Source: a virus. Taken from it: a stretch of DNA of 64,000 bases. The notes under the pieces were generated by a model, which was given only the letters and a program-made list of their open reading frames with translations, was not told the DNA's origin and searched no databases. The stretch is taken from positions 1-64,000 of the IMG/VR virus record IMGVR_UViG_3300036832_001138; one strand, 5' to 3'. The position numbers were made by a program, and so were the translations under genes. This document shows, one piece after another, positions 17,673 to 28,832 of the stretch. Every line of letters begins with the position of its first letter. Positions within the stretch are counted from its first letter, which is position 1.

Positions 17673-18376
17673 TTCGAACGGTATCGTCACACAATGATCC
17701 CAGGCGTATTTCTGACCGAAATCGAGGATCAGATTGCCATCTTTATCGGTGCTGGGAAGGGCGGCCTTGGGCCATTTGATCATGCCTGCGATTGGTTGCG
17801 CTTGCGGTGTTGCGTGAGTCCACATGAGCTTTTCCTCCGATTTGTTTGATTGATCTTCGGTGGCGGCCCGCGAAAGCGCGGTAGGGAATCCAACCCCTGC
17901 CGCGCTTTTCATTTTTGCGCCTGCTTTTGCAACTCCCGCAACGTTTCAATCGCGGGCCAGAATTGATCGCGGCACGGGCAAGCGCTCGGTTTGCCGTGGG
18001 CGCAACTTCCGCAGCATTCGTCGGTCAAAGCCGTCAATGCCGCTTCGGCCGCGCGGTACAAATCCATCATTTTTGCGTGCTCGTTTCGTTGATGATCCGC
18101 GCGCGCAATTCATCGTCGGTTTCGAGGCGGAAACCTTCGACAACCCCAATCAAGAGATCGCACGGCTGTGCTTCGCCCGGTTTAAGCGGGATCAATCGCC
18201 GAGTGAAATGCGGACCGCTCAACTCTGCTAAGATGTCTTCGATGTCTTTCATTTTGTGTGCCCGCGTCGATTGCCTTGACCCTCACACATGAACCATGCC
18301 GGGGGCGGCGGGGAGGCAATCTTTCGGCCCCGACGCGCGGGCTCGCCGAGTAGGAACTTCCGCCCCCGAGCGCATC

Positions 18377-18676
18377 CTAGCTCACACGCCGAAGCCGCGC
18401 ACGCAAACTATCGTGGTGCACCACACCGTCGGGCCGCCAATCCTCGATCCGCTCGATCCCCTGTAGCTTCTCGAATGCCTGATTGCGCAGACGTAGCTCG
18501 CGCGCGGCTTGCGTCTTCTCTCGCACGGCCTGATCCTTCGCCGTCGCTTCCGCCATGCACCGATTGATCTTGTACGCGCGATATTTGCCGATCGCGACGC
18601 ACAGCATCATGATTGCGAAGATGATAAGCCACACGACCATCATCGCGGCAGCGTGGAATTCCTGATCGCCGTTCAT
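18377..18676 (-). CDS. Hypothetical membrane protein
   Basis: SD ggag; N-terminal TM segment. Confidence 0.5.
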   Translation of the reverse strand: MNGDQEFHAAAMMVVWLIIFAIMMLCVAIGKYRAYKINRCMAEATAKDQAVREKTQAARELRLRNQAFEKLQGIERIEDWRPDGVVHHDSLRARLRRVS

Positions 18677-18990
18677 TTGTTATCTCCCCAATTCGATCCG
18701 CCATCGTCTTCCTTGGGGATGCGCTGTGCCCACACAATGCGATTGATCAGGCCGCACGTGACGTTGAAGCGAGCGCGGCAAATGACATTGCCGCACTCGA
18801 TATTGATTGCCGAGCCGCCGCGCGGGCCAAGCACGAAACCGCGATAGCCGCAGTCCGGGCAATGGCCCGCGTTGAGCCGACCGAGGGTGATCTCGTCGAG
18901 CATTTGCATTTCGAAATAGACTGGATCACCGGGCCCGGTGGGCATTCGCGTCATGCAATGGCACGGTTCCTCCGCTTGCGTGCGAGCCAT
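18673..18990 (-). CDS. Zn-ribbon protein
   Basis: CPDC...CxxxxC motif; the start is uncertain. Confidence 0.45.
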   Translation of the reverse strand: MARTQAEEPCHCMTRMPTGPGDPVYFEMQMLDEITLGRLNAGHCPDCGYRGFVLGPRGGSAINIECGNVICRARFNVTCGLINRIVWAQRIPKEDDGGSNWGDNK

Positions 18991-19736
18991 ACTAACCCAA
19001 GACCGAACAGTCCGGCGATCGGTCCGCTGCCGACGATCGGGCCGGGCACGGGCGTCGGACTATGCAGCGTGGTTTCGATCAGCGCGCCAACATCGCCTTG
19101 AGCGAAAGGCGGGTGCGTCCCGCCAGTGAACGCAAAAACTTCGGTGATCTTGAAGTCCTGCCCCGGCAGGATTGCCGTCAGAGTCATATTGTCGATTCGG
19201 TTCACATTGCTGAATTGGTCCTGGCCTGCGAAACTCGAAATGCCGCCCACGAATGGGCCGCAAAACGGGTTGCTCGTGCCGCAAACGAGAACTTGCGTTG
19301 TCACGGTGTAACCCGGATTGGCGGAAGGCGGCGGGCTTTCGATCGAGCCCCATACCGTCGGCATTGTGATTGTGCCAGTGCCGGTGAACCTACCCTGCCA
19401 CGTGGCATAGAGATACGACGTGCCACCTTGCGGCGGTGCAAACCCGTCGTTGAAAGTAAATTCGAACGTCGGGAAGCTTCCGCCGAGCCCGCCGGAGAAT
19501 TGATTGCCTCCGGGCGGAATGACCATCGCCATGATCTGATCGAAACCGAACCCAGTGACTCCGGTGGGCAAGATAGGATTGCCCAATAACTGCACGATTG
19601 GACTCGTGCCGGTGTTAGTGCCGAGCACCTGAATTCCGTTCATGCCTGCGGCCGGATCGAAATATCCAACCGTAACGGTGTCGGCATTAGCTGCCGTCGA
19701 GAACAACAACGTTGACGCGAGCAGTACCTTTTTCAT
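18951..19736 (-). CDS. Secreted protein with a PEP-CTERM-like (VPGP) sorting signal
   Basis: Signal peptide MKKVLLASTLLFSTAANA; C-terminal VPGPIVG + TM + RKRR. Confidence 0.75.
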   Translation of the reverse strand: MKKVLLASTLLFSTAANADTVTVGYFDPAAGMNGIQVLGTNTGTSPIVQLLGNPILPTGVTGFGFDQIMAMVIPPGGNQFSGGLGGSFPTFEFTFNDGFAPPQGGTSYLYATWQGRFTGTGTITMPTVWGSIESPPPSANPGYTVTTQVLVCGTSNPFCGPFVGGISSFAGQDQFSNVNRIDNMTLTAILPGQDFKITEVFAFTGGTHPPFAQGDVGALIETTLHSPTPVPGPIVGSGPIAGLFGLGLVWLARKRRNRAIA

Positions 19737-19754
19737 GGCCGTTATCCTTCACGG

Positions 19755-20156
19755 TTAACCCCCTTTCCTCACCACGGCCGAATCTATCACTCGACCTAGT
19801 GCCTTCACGCCTTCCGGCGTGATCTCTAAAACCTTGTCGCCTTCGACACTGTGCACCTGAAAGTGCACGCCGCTCCAATTCGCGATGCAGTCGCAGATCG
19901 CGACCAAAAGGCTATCGGCGCGTAGCTGATCGCGGCCCATGTCGGTGAGCGACACCGCGCGATACATCATGCTCTTTTCGCCGTGCGGGTCCTTGGCAAT
20001 GAATCCATCTTGGTGCTCGCCCGGTCCGTGCACTTGCGCGAAACCCTTCGCGATCAGCGCGTCGAGCGCTTCGCCGTGACACTCGCCGTATTGCGAGAAA
20101 GCTTCGTTGCCGAGCCACGTCAGCAATTCGCGCTCGGGCAGGGTGAGGTCGGACAT
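19755..20156 (-). CDS. Hypothetical protein
   Basis: 133-aa ORF in the - strand gene run. Confidence 0.5.
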   Translation of the reverse strand: MSDLTLPERELLTWLGNEAFSQYGECHGEALDALIAKGFAQVHGPGEHQDGFIAKDPHGEKSMMYRAVSLTDMGRDQLRADSLLVAICDCIANWSGVHFQVHSVEGDKVLEITPEGVKALGRVIDSAVVRKGG

Positions 20157-20162
20157 GTACGC

Positions 20163-20603
20163 TCACGATCCCAAGAGGAATTTTTGATCTAAGATTTCGG
20201 CCTCGTTCTGCGTAATGCGATCCTGATTTGCTTTCTTTTCACGCAGAGCCGTAAGGGCAGTCTCAGCGCAGTCCAAGCAGATACATTGGCCGTAAGCGCT
20301 CTTACAGCGGTAACCATCTTCGCTCAAACAAAACGAGCAAGCGTCGTGGCTTCGAAGCCTCCAACGGTTGCCGACGGAAACAAAATGTTGCGGATAATGA
20401 GAAAGGATAGACCTGATCTCGCGCATGTTCGTTTGATCGGAAAAAGGTTCGCCTGACCTTTTTTGCCATTCGGGATGTTGCGAGACTTCGGCCAAAATTT
20501 CTTCTAATGACAAAGTGCGCTCGTAGCCCGGAAGATGACCCGGAAGAACCGCCCGCAATCTGTTTAGGCGCTCGGAATAGTCAGACCATCGTATTATTGT
20601 CAT
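20163..20603 (-). CDS. Hypothetical protein with a ClpX-like C4 zinc finger
   Basis: 'CSFC...CICLDCAE'; start coupled to the HTH gene stop. Confidence 0.5.
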   Translation of the reverse strand: MTIIRWSDYSERLNRLRAVLPGHLPGYERTLSLEEILAEVSQHPEWQKRSGEPFSDQTNMREIRSILSHYPQHFVSVGNRWRLRSHDACSFCLSEDGYRCKSAYGQCICLDCAETALTALREKKANQDRITQNEAEILDQKFLLGS

Positions 20604-20776
20604 CGCAGCGCCTTCGCGACCGCGCTCACGTGCTCGCGTGTGGCGCGGCGATAGCCGTTTTCCAGATTGGCGATGTGCGAGCGGGAGCAGCGCAGCCGCT
20701 TGGCAAGATCGTATTGCGAAAGTCCCTCGCGCTCGCGCATCCTGCGAATCCGTCGGGCTCGTTTGTCGCGCTTCAT
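20600..20776 (-). CDS. XRE-family HTH regulator
   Basis: 'IRRMREREGLSQYDLAKRLRCSRSHIANLENG'. Confidence 0.8.
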   Translation of the reverse strand: MKRDKRARRIRRMREREGLSQYDLAKRLRCSRSHIANLENGYRRATREHVSAVAKALR

Positions 20777-20963
20777 ACTGCACCCATGCGCTGCCGCCCG
20801 CGCTTTAGCGTGTAGCGGCCCCATCCGATCTCGATCAGGATGCCGCGCTCGACCAACGTCTTGAGCATCGGCAAGCGCTTCACGCCTGCGCGGTGCAGCG
20901 CGGTCTTGTAGTTCGCTACGTCGCGGCGGCGGATTTCAATGGGTCGGCGTCGGCGCGCGCGTT

Positions 20964-21668
20964 TCATGATGTTTGTCCCTCTCGCATCCCAAGCGTTATG
21001 TCGCCGAGTGCCGCGGTTTTTTCCTCGATCGTGTGCTCGGGACGATTAGTTAGATTCTCGGTCTTCTCGATCCACTCGCCGCCGGTCATTGACGGCGGAA
21101 AGAGCACGAAGCCTCGGCTGGCGTCGTAACGGATCAGCGTGGCGTAACCTTCCTTGCCGCGACGATCGAGGTACGCGCGCAAGACCGGATCGCGATGCGC
21201 GTCGGGATAGTTTGGATCGACCCACACTTGGATTGCGGGAATTGGCGTGCACTTACCGGTCGCATCGTCAACGTGCTCGACGAAATCCGGCGACATGTCG
21301 ACGACGTAGTGCGAGCGATCGGGCCGCGAGAGTTCGGCCGTATCGTCGGCGACCAACCAGCGACATGACCAAAAGCGGCAACCAAAAGGTCGGCGCGCGT
21401 AGATCGCGCAGCCAACGTGAAATTTCTGAAACTTGCATCGCTCGCCCGCGGGTTTGTCGAAATCGCGGATCATGCGGCGCTTCTGCTCGGCCGTGAGCAT
21501 TCCAAGCTCGATCATCTTGGCGAGCGTTTCATCGAAATGCTCAGTCTTCTCCGCTTTCATCGGCAACAGTTTGCAACACAAAGAGCAGTCGCCACATCGT
21601 CGCGCGTTCGGGAGTTCATTGATAATTCCGTCGGCATTGAATTGGATTTTGACCGTGCTCATGACCAA
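20964..21668 (-). CDS. YkgJ-like CxxCxxCC metal-cluster protein
   Basis: 'CGDCSLCCK...CKF...GCAIYARRPFGCRFWSC'. Confidence 0.65.
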   Translation of the reverse strand: MVMSTVKIQFNADGIINELPNARRCGDCSLCCKLLPMKAEKTEHFDETLAKMIELGMLTAEQKRRMIRDFDKPAGERCKFQKFHVGCAIYARRPFGCRFWSCRWLVADDTAELSRPDRSHYVVDMSPDFVEHVDDATGKCTPIPAIQVWVDPNYPDAHRDPVLRAYLDRRGKEGYATLIRYDASRGFVLFPPSMTGGEWIEKTENLTNRPEHTIEEKTAALGDITLGMREGQTS

Positions 21669-22135
21669 TCCCCATAATGGAGTTTTTCAGCTTCACGCCG
21701 AACAGCACCGGCAGCCTCGATCATGTCGTACAGGCCAAGCGAAAGCATCTTGCCATCAACGCAAATTCGCGCTCGAAATCTCTCGCCGTATCGAGTCACG
21801 CCTCGAATGCCAGTTGTGTTATTGCAGCCGACGCTACGGTTTTTTCCATTCTGTGAGCGAGTAGCGGCGCGTAAATTGCGCCAGCGATTGTTGCTTTGTT
21901 TCCGATCGCGATGATCTGTTTCAGATGTGGGCCACGCTCCCGACACGAGAGCGCGCGCGACGATATGCGCCAGATAGTGATGGCCGTCGATATAAAGCCG
22001 ACGATATTTGCGTACAGACTTGTTGCCGCGAAACCATCCTTTCGCTTGACGCACCGACGGCATACGCCAGCGAAACAAACCGGTTGCTTGGTTATATTCA
22101 AGCAAGGCGCGCAATCTCGCGATTGTTGGTTTCAT
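21659..22135 (-). CDS. HNH homing endonuclease with an AP2-like C-terminus
   Basis: 'LEYNQATGLF', 'TDHRDRKQSNNRWRNLR', 'NNTTGIRGV...LGLY...AA'. Confidence 0.85.
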   Translation of the reverse strand: MKPTIARLRALLEYNQATGLFRWRMPSVRQAKGWFRGNKSVRKYRRLYIDGHHYLAHIVARALVSGAWPTSETDHRDRKQSNNRWRNLRAATRSQNGKNRSVGCNNTTGIRGVTRYGERFRARICVDGKMLSLGLYDMIEAAGAVRREAEKLHYGDWS

Positions 22136-22382
22136 TGCGTCGGCCCACCGGTTAGCTTGCGTTGAAGCTCGGTGATCAATGTCTCGAATTCCTTGCGCGT
22201 CGCCTCCATCTCGGCGAGCAGGGCCTCAAGCTCGATTTTGGTTTCGTCGAGCTTGGCGATCGCGCGCTTTTGCAGCGCGGCGAGATGATCAAACAGAGAC
22301 GACATGCGATTCCTTCAACCAATGTAATTCTTACATAGGCCAATGGTCCCCGTCCAGTGGAAAGAAATTTTCTGGACGGGGA

Positions 22383-22979
22383 TTAGTAAATCCAACAGCG
22401 ATTGAGCGGGACGCCCGCCGTCCATGACCACGCGAAGGTCGGGGTGAGATCGCAACCGGCGGCGACAAGCAGCCATTTCCCCTCGCGGCCCAAGGGTATA
22501 AGCGGCGTGCCATTGGTGAGCGCCATGACTGCGGGCCCGTTGGGGGCGGCGCGGACGTTGAGCCCGTCGGCCGCCACGTTCACCATCCCGGTTGAGCACC
22601 GGGGCGGATCGGCGCAGGCGGTATAGGGCCCGTACACCCAACCCAATGGCGGCGGCGCTGGCGGGGGCACCGGGGCCGCTTCCGCGACCACGGGCGGCGG
22701 CCCTGGCGGCACGGGCGGCGGCAGGAGCACCGGCAACGGGCCGGGGCAATAGGGGAAAGGCCCGCCCCGGCAGCCCGGCGGGACGCTGGCGGGCCCGTAG
22801 GCTTCGGTAAGCGTGGGGGCGCGGTATTGCCCAAGGGCGGGGGCCGAAACCAGCGCCAGCGCCATCCCTAGGGCCGGGGCTAGGCTAGCGGCGAGCCCAA
22901 ACCGTAACGGACGCCGGGTGCATTCGAGGGGCGATTTTGGGCCGGTTTGGGCCCTATTTTGGCAGGGGTTCATTTGCAT
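22383..22979 (-). CDS. Secreted Pro-rich SH3b-domain protein
   Basis: Signal-like segment; 'VNVAADGLNVRAAPNG...LTNGT...GKWLLV'; the start is uncertain. Confidence 0.55.
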   Translation of the reverse strand: MQMNPCQNRAQTGPKSPLECTRRPLRFGLAASLAPALGMALALVSAPALGQYRAPTLTEAYGPASVPPGCRGGPFPYCPGPLPVLLPPPVPPGPPPVVAEAAPVPPPAPPPLGWVYGPYTACADPPRCSTGMVNVAADGLNVRAAPNGPAVMALTNGTPLIPLGREGKWLLVAAGCDLTPTFAWSWTAGVPLNRCWIY

Positions 22980-23349
22980 AAGCCTTTCGTTTTCTTAGCT
23001 TTCTTTGCCGCGCGCGGGTTCTCTCGCGGGCCGTGTCGAGCGTAACCTTGCCCCTAGCGATCGCCATAAGCTCATACGCGCGGCTCACCCCCAAACCGCA
23101 GACTTCCCGCACGATCCCCTCCCAAAAATGCTTGGTCTTGTCTTGCCGCAGTGCAACAAGCGCCTTGCCCGCTTCGCGGTAATATCCTGGCGACTTCGGG
23201 AACCGGCGGCCGAAATAGACCATCGAGCGCACCCGACGGGTTTGCTCAAGATCGTGGTCGTCGAGCCGGATGGGCAATTCGCTGATCGTCGTCATCGCGC
23301 TCATCCCGGCCACACAAAAATGTGCGAATAGACGCAAATCGCGATCCAT
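22954..23349 (-). CDS. Putative DNA-binding protein
   Basis: 'EAGKALVALR...CGLGVSRAYELM' is typical of small phage proteins. Confidence 0.45.
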   Translation of the reverse strand: MDRDLRLFAHFCVAGMSAMTTISELPIRLDDHDLEQTRRVRSMVYFGRRFPKSPGYYREAGKALVALRQDKTKHFWEGIVREVCGLGVSRAYELMAIARGKVTLDTARERTRARQRKLRKRKAYANEPLPK

Positions 23350-23483
23350 ATGGCCGCACCCGCGAGCATCAGGAAATTGATAAATCCGTCACTCATCGCA
23401 GCGTGATCCAAACCGCGATCCCGAACATCACGATGCAGAGCGCGATCACCGCGAGTCCAAACAGGATGATCTCATTCATTTTT

Positions 23484-23777
23484 TTAACGCTGCCGATTCT
23501 TCATTTCGTCGCGCGTCAACTGCGATACGCCCTTACTCCGCCGTTCCTTTTCCGTCAGCTTGGGATAGCACTCGACACAGATGCGCTTGGGCACCCTTGG
23601 GGCGTGCCAGCGATACATGATCGGGCACCCGCATCGGCAGCACACGCCCTTGAAATTGTCGTCGAACGGCGATGGCCCATCCGGCAGGCAAACAAGATAT
23701 TCCGCCGTTTCTGCTTTCGCGTCGGATACGACCTTAACCGGCGTGTTGCCGACGTTGACTGTCTCGCGTTTTTTCAC
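23484..23777 (-). CDS. Small Cys-rich (Zn-binding) protein; paralog of 63234-63512
   Basis: 'VVSDAKAETAEYLVCLPDGPSPFDDN...CxxC...RWHAPR.PK.ICxxC'. Confidence 0.6.
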   Translation of the reverse strand: MKKRETVNVGNTPVKVVSDAKAETAEYLVCLPDGPSPFDDNFKGVCCRCGCPIMYRWHAPRVPKRICVECYPKLTEKERRSKGVSQLTRDEMKNRQR

Positions 23778-24718
23778 GGGATATCTCCGGCGGCTTCGAT
23801 CGGCGTGAGCATCGAGCGCACGTGATCGCAGAGCACTTTTGTCGTGGCCTCACGCGTGCCGGTAATGCGCAGCCATTCGGCGATCTTGGCGTCGTCCCAT
23901 GCTCCGCCGCTGTGAAATAGCAAGACCAGCTTGAGCGCATCCATCACGCTGTAGGACGGTTCGGATTCGTAGTTCGTTTCGGTCATCATTCCGGTTCCGT
24001 TTCAAAATAAGCAGCGAGCGCAGATTCCGGTCCGGTTAGCGCAGCGACGGCGAGCGCCACCAACACACCGATATCGCCCTCGAACCAACCGCTATCCCCG
24101 ACCAATCGGGCGAGCGCTTCGATAAGCTCGCGCTGGCCTGCGGTGAGTTCATCGTCGAGATGATTCAGCGCTTGGCTGAATTTCCAGTTTACCAAGCGCG
24201 ATTTCAGCTTCTCATTCATCGCTTGTCATCCTGATCCGACACGCGCAGCAACGGCCGCTCGCCCTGCGCATCCTGATAATCCTCGCGCGCGACTTTGAGC
24301 CCGCGCCGCTGTAGCTGGCGGCGGATGTTCGTGGAGTCGCCGCGCACGTCGCAGTGATTGCCGTAAAGCACGACGCCAAGGAAAACCATCTTGGCGCGCA
24401 CGGCTTCCCAATCCTTGCACGCGCCCCAATTGATATGCACGTTTTCGGTTTTCATTTTTCGTCTCGTTGAGTTTCGAGCGTCATAACCCGTGCTGCTAGA
24501 TCGCGAAGCTCGGATAGCGCTCGATCGATATCGGTATGCATGGCTTCGACTTCGCCCGCGGTAATGTTGGTTCTGGCGAGATCGTTGACGGCAGCACGTA
24601 TCAATCGCATGTCATGTTGCAATGTCGAAATGGCTTCGCCAATCAGCGGCAAGCCATCAACTCTTGCACGGATCGGCGCGAGTTCGGCGCGCAACATTTC
24701 GAGTGTCAGATCAGTCAC
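23774..24718 (-). other. Run of four coupled small hypothetical genes (23774-23989, 23986-24219, 24216-24455, 24452-24718)
   Basis: 4-bp start/stop overlaps between consecutive ORFs. Confidence 0.55.
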
Positions 24719-24724
24719 GATAGT

Positions 24725-24943
24725 TCACACCGTTTCCGGCCAAGATTGCACGAGCATCGCGAGCATGGTGCGGTTGCGGATGACCAACTTTTGAAACACG
24801 TTTTCCAAGCTCCGGCGCACGCCGCCCGCGGTGGTGCCGACCTTGCACGCGATCTCTTTGTTGGTGAGTCCGTGCGCAACCAGCCGCGCAATCTCAAGCT
24901 CGCGCGCGGATAGCTCCTGCATTGCATAGGCCGTCGTGTTCAT
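24725..24943 (-). CDS. LuxR-type HTH protein
   Basis: 'LSARELEIARLVAHGLTNKEIACKVG...NVFQKLVIRNRTMLA'. Confidence 0.8.
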   Translation of the reverse strand: MNTTAYAMQELSARELEIARLVAHGLTNKEIACKVGTTAGGVRRSLENVFQKLVIRNRTMLAMLVQSWPETV

Positions 24944-24953
24944 GGCGCACCGT

Positions 24954-25241
24954 TTACCGCTTGAAGTTGAACGCGCGATCGAAGCTCGACGGTGCGGTCG
25001 TGACCGAACCCTGATAGGTCCCGTGCGTGCCATAGAGGTTCGTTTCGTTGCCATTGCGGATCGAGCTTCCGGAAAAGTTTCCGTTGCGATCGTAAAAGCT
25101 CGTTGAATTGCCGTGCGTGATCGCCGAGCCGGAATAGCGCCCGTTGGCGTCGCGGAAGTTTTCTTGCTGTGCCAGAGCCACAGTCGCGATCATGGTGGTG
25201 ATTGTGATGGTGATCACAATTCCGAACAAAAATCGTCGCAT
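24954..25241 (-). CDS. Small secreted protein with 'xDxNGxxSGS' repeats
   Basis: Signal peptide; three beta-hairpin-like repeats. Confidence 0.6.
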   Translation of the reverse strand: MRRFLFGIVITITITTMIATVALAQQENFRDANGRYSGSAITHGNSTSFYDRNGNFSGSSIRNGNETNLYGTHGTYQGSVTTAPSSFDRAFNFKR

Positions 25242-25372
25242 TGGTCCTTATCCTTTGCCCCGCGCGGGGGAAGTGGGGAAAATCGGGGCCGCCGACGCGG
25301 CGGGGGTGAGAGAGTCGGCGGCCCCTTGGGGCCCGTTCGATCGAGGGGGGATCGACCGGCCGGGCTTTCTCG

Positions 25373-27683
25373 TTAATCCTTCTTAAAGTTGAAGTAGACG
25401 CGCGGGCTATGCGTGAACTCTAGCGAGCCTTTCGCGCCGTCGGCTTTGCGCTTCACGACGACGAACGGTGCCATGAAGCCGATCACTTCGAAGTCGCGCG
25501 TAAGCTCGTTGGTTGTCCAGCGCTCTTGCGCTTGGGCGAGATCGCGATGCGGTTGACCGCTTTCGATCATGGCACGGCGGATGCTCGTACCGTTTTCGAT
25601 CATGGCGCGGCGGTCGCTCTCGGTTTCATCGTGGCTCATTTGTCAGTCTCCCGGTTAGTCGCTAAGGTTCTGCTCGACGTTCATTTCTAAGTGCGCTTCG
25701 CGTGCGCGAGCGGCATCGCAAGCCTTCTCATATTCGCGGCGTAGAGCATTGATCGCCTGCTCGTAATCCTCCGCCGATTTGAAACCGTAACCGCGGCTCA
25801 CTTTGATCTGCACGTCGCGAAGCTCGCGATCGATCTCGGTGATGCGCTCGCGCAATCTGCGCTGCTCGATCAGGCGATCCTTGATCCACTCGACCGGCGG
25901 ATAAACTTCGGTCGGGCCGCCGTAGCTCTCGCGCGCTTTCTTGCTGTAGCTGCCATCGGTGAACAGCAAATTCCCCTCGCGCTGGTGAATGCCCTTGATT
26001 TGCGTCACGCCGCTGCCGTCATGCTTGAGCACGTCGAGCGCGAGGTTCATCGCCTTGGCTTTGATCTCGACCTTTTCGGCAGCGTCGATCGCGGCGGTTG
26101 CTTCGTCGAAACTCGCGAAGTGATTCGGGCGTAGCTCGCCGCCTTCGACGCGAAACTTTTTCGAGTCCGCGTCGATGACGATATCGCGGTCCTTATAGGT
26201 TGCGAGCTTCATTGCTGGACTCCGATCTTCCTGAGATTGATGGGCGCAGTGCGGTAGGTGTAGCCGAGATATCCGCCCCAATCCGATCCGTCGGGTTTCA
26301 TCTCAAACAGCGAGCGCACGGTCACCATGCCGTCGCGGTGCACGCGTAAGACGCGGGCGCGGATGCGCCGATGCGGCGCAAACCAAAGCTCGTAACAAAC
26401 AAGATCGTCCTTTTTGATTTGCGCGGTCATCGCAGCAATCCCAAGTGAAATTGGATCGTGGTGAGCGCGTCTTGCGCTTCCTCCATGTATTCCTTGGCCT
26501 TGTCGATCAGTCGCGGCACGTCGGCTTGCTGTGCTTCCTTCATGATGGTGAGCGTCGCGCTCACGCCTTCGAGCGCGAGCATCAACTTTTCCGTCGCGGG
26601 CCGATCAGCTTTTCGCTTAGCCATGATGGTGGCCCCCCGATCGCGCGTAAGCTTTGCGGGCGTAATGGAGCGCGCAGCGCAGCGTGCAAAATGGCTTGTA
26701 AGGCGTGGAGTAGGTTTCGCCGTCCCACACCCATCGCGTCATGACGGCTCGGCCATCGTCGGCGCTGATATACGGCGAGGTTTCTTTGATCACGACGCCG
26801 TTGCCGCGGTAGGGCGGCGGCGGCGGGATTTCTCCCACTGTGATGTAGCTGCGACGCACGCGGCCGCCCCATTCCTTTTGCTCGTGCAATCGGCTCGGCG
26901 CGTCCCAACGCACCTCTTGCGATGCCGCGTTGCGCCTGCCGTAAGCTTTGCCGCAGCATGCGCATTTCGGGCGAGGTGCGCCGCGCTTTAGCGTGGCGTC
27001 GAGCGATCGCATTTCTTTCTTGGTCGGAGCGGCCATGGCTCAATCCTCCAACTCGATTCGCTCGGCCTGCTCGATCGCGTCGGCGAGCTTACGCGCGTCG
27101 CGGGCTTGCTGCTCGAATGTCTCGACAATGCGCCTGCGGCCTTCGTCCGACCAATACATCGCATCGGCCGGAGGCGTGTTGTGCACAAGCGCATCCGCTT
27201 CATATTGATCGGCGGCGACGCGCAGCGCATTGGCGAGGGTATGGCGTTTCGCGCGCATCACGCCACCGCTTCCGCGAGCACCTTCCACGCATCAACGCCG
27301 GGCTCGAATTCGAGCGTCAGCGCATGGTGAAACGTTTCGCCGATGTAGCCTTTGATGTCGTTGCGGTTCGGTCCGCTCACGCGCAGATCGATCTCGAACG
27401 CGAGCGACGGCCGCACGGTCACGACGTGATAGGTCCAGCCGTCGTAATAACCGCCATCATTCATATGGTGAAACGCCGTCTTGAACCGCAGACAATCGCT
27501 TGTCGAATTGTCGAGATCGAGCGTCGTGGGATTATCGAAGCCGCCGCCCGATGGCATGTGCTCGCGCGTGAGCACTTCGATGGTGTCGGTATGGCGCTTG
27601 AACCATTCGGAATTGCCGTTGGCGCGGCAAGTCTCGCGCGCGTCGATCGCGCTGGCGATGATCTGATAAAGCTTGCGGCGCAT
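25373..27683 (-). other. Early-gene run of hypothetical proteins (25373-25639, 25655-26212, 26209-26430, 26427-26624, 26617-27036, 27040-27258, 27258-27683)
   Basis: Coupled ORFs downstream of the promoter at 27712-27740; SD gaaggagtc precedes 27683. Confidence 0.6.
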
Positions 27684-27711
27684 GACGATGTGACTCCTTC
27701 AACCGGTTCCA

Positions 27712-27740
27712 GATATGGGCCAATGGCCCGGATTTGGCAA
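27712..27740 (-). promoter_or_regulatory. Sigma70-like promoter with operator palindrome
   Basis: TTGCCA-N17-CATATC; perfect palindrome gggccaatggccc at 27717-27729. Confidence 0.65.
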
Positions 27741-27929
27741 GAGGGTTTGCGATTTTCTTTTGCCGAGTTATACGCTCGACGCGCGCAAATTTTTTCCGCG
27801 GGCCGGTTGTCCGGATCGCATTTTCGCTATACATTCCAAGGTAATCGCACCGTCGTAGCCGACTCCTTCAACCGTGCTTTAGTGCTCCGGTGCGGCGGAC
27901 CGCCGCGAACGGCAAAGGTCGCGCTGGTC

Positions 27930-27987
27930 AAAAAGAAACCCCCGGTCGGGCTCGGCCTCATAAGCCAAAGCCCTTCCGGGGGTTTTC
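27930..27987 (-). terminator. Branched hairpin with U-tract ending the cassette operon
   Basis: aaacccccgg...ccgggggttt stem followed by ttttt on the - strand. Confidence 0.55.
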
Positions 27988-28011
27988 ATTTTCAGCGATG
28001 TGACTCCTTTA

Positions 28012-28395
28012 TCAAGGCGCAGGCGGTAACGGCGTTCGGTTGATCGAGCGGCAACCACGATCGCGATCGGCGTTTATTAGATCGCGAGCGAGCACCGCCG
28101 CGTCCGCGGCCATGCCGACATATTCGGGAAACGCATTGAGTAGAATTCCCGCATAGCGCAGTTGATTGGCTTCGACCCGTCCGCACAGCTTATCGTAAAC
28201 AATAATCTGTGCAGCGCGCTTCAAATCCTTCCCAACGACACTAATCCAAACCCAAGAGTTGATGCCGTTATCGCTCGCCCAATTTTGGTATTGCATCCGC
28301 AGAGCGGAGGCTTCCGGACTTACGTTGCTGTCCTGCGCCGATGCCATGCTCACGGTCGCAAGCACGAGCATCATGAGAGCGATTAGAGTTCGCAT
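28012..28395 (-). CDS. Secreted hypothetical protein
   Basis: Signal peptide MRTLIALMMLVLATVSMASA; SD gaaggagtc. Confidence 0.6.
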   Translation of the reverse strand: MRTLIALMMLVLATVSMASAQDSNVSPEASALRMQYQNWASDNGINSWVWISVVGKDLKRAAQIIVYDKLCGRVEANQLRYAGILLNAFPEYVGMAADAAVLARDLINADRDRGCRSINRTPLPPAP

Positions 28396-28487
28396 TGTTC
28401 GACTCCTTCGTTGTGATGCACCGGGGCAAGCCGGTGAGTGCCGATGGGCACTATCGAATCCCGCCTCGCGACGGGACTCTGTAGCGC

Positions 28488-28832
28488 TCAACCTTTGTGG
28501 TGATGCCAACTATGGCCGCCGTCGTGGCTGTGCGCCCCGTGGCCGACGACCTGCTTATTGACCGAGCGGCCGGATAGCTGCTCGGCGCGGGCGATCTCCG
28601 CCTTGGCGAGCCCCGAACCGTGCACCATCAATTGCCGATAGGCGCACGCGTCGGTCACGCCGTTTCGATCGTCTTCGGTCCAGCCCGCAAACGCGATCGC
28701 GCCTTGCGGCCCGATCACCGGCTTAACCTGCTTTGCCGCTAATCGCTGTGAGAGCTTCGCAACAGCGTCGCGGACTTCCTGCTTGCGCTGCGAAATCGTT
28801 TGACCGCGGCGCAACCTTGTATCGCATGGCAT
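28488..28832 (-). CDS. Hypothetical protein (AAA-ATPase module)
   Basis: 114 aa, SD gaaggagtc; co-oriented with the AAA ATPase. Confidence 0.6.
   Translation of the reverse strand: MPCDTRLRRGQTISQRKQEVRDAVAKLSQRLAAKQVKPVIGPQGAIAFAGWTEDDRNGVTDACAYRQLMVHGSGLAKAEIARAEQLSGRSVNKQVVGHGAHSHDGGHSWHHHKG

Noticed and set aside
25260-25370. G-rich double hairpin (similar ones near 18300-18370 and 46540-46590) as tRNA or ncRNA
   Set aside because: No cloverleaf or recognisable family; they may be simple terminator or stability hairpins.
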